DNA of 32,580 nt from a virus. Its lineage: Duplodnaviria; Caudoviricetes. Every line of letters begins with the position of its first letter. Within the stretch, counting starts at the first letter, position 1. The notes under the pieces are model-generated. The model was not told where the DNA came from. It did no database searches and saw nothing but the letters and a program-made list of their open reading frames with translations. The DNA lies in the IMG/VR virus record IMGVR_UViG_3300032283_000164, positions 1 to 32,580 of that record. One strand, 5' to 3'. Below, piece by piece: positions 32,242 to 32,580 of this stretch. The translations under genes were made by a program, and so were the position numbers.

Positions 32242-32536
32242 CAAACCTTGCTTAAAGTGCAAAGCGTTGCACCGTAATCCTTCACTATGCGATAGTTGCC
32301 AACAATTAGCAGATGCCACCAGAAACGCTACAAGACCGCACTACAAGGGGTCGTATGCCAAGCAGGCTAAACAAGTCAGAGATACTGCAACTGTGTGTTG
32401 GCTGTGTGGCTTAGGGCGTACGCCTGATGACCCATTCACGGCAGACCACTACTACCCATCTGACCCAACAAGTCCACTAATAGCAGCACATAGATCGTGC
32501 AACAGTCGCAGAGGCAACAAACCCCCTACCGTATAG
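32231..32536 (+). CDS. HNH endonuclease, probably terminase-associated (HK97 gp74-like position)
   Basis: CLKC...CDSC, CWLC...TADHYYP...AAHRSCNSRRG; last gene before the genome end. Confidence 0.75.
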   Translation: MAFNKPCLKCKALHRNPSLCDSCQQLADATRNATRPHYKGSYAKQAKQVRDTATVCWLCGLGRTPDDPFTADHYYPSDPTSPLIAAHRSCNSRRGNKPPTV

Positions 32537-32580
32537 ACCCGGGGTGGGTAAAAATCTCACATACTCTTGCCAAGCCATAC

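Overview
The window looks like an essentially complete ~32.6 kb siphovirus-type (HK97-fold, long non-contractile tail) phage genome, apparently opened at or near its cos end, with every credible gene on the + strand. Gene order: ParB-like/DNA methyltransferase, terminase, portal, three inserted structural genes, a multidomain prohead protease, major capsid protein, a four-gene glycosylation cassette, neck/tail genes with a -1 frameshifting chaperone, tape measure, tail tip/fibres, lysis module, metallophosphoesterase operon, then early genes (C5-methyltransferase split at a G8 tract, RHH regulator, replication initiator with internal iterons, helicase loader, two WhiB proteins, Sak, RusA, SSB, HslV/proteasome-beta-like protease, two HNH nucleases). 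Two WhiB genes, leaderless promoters and moderate GC point to a low-GC actinobacterial host (inference). I found no integrase, DNA polymerase, tRNA or CRISPR array. The most notable signals are the poly-G-interrupted methyltransferase, the glycosylation cassette inside the virion operon, twin GAGC-loop hairpins in the capsid leader, a HAD phosphatase fused to the maturation protease, a cluster of host-regulator-like boxes at an early promoter, and apparent avoidance of CCWGG/GGWCC. All annotations come from motif recognition by eye; no searches or counts were run by software.
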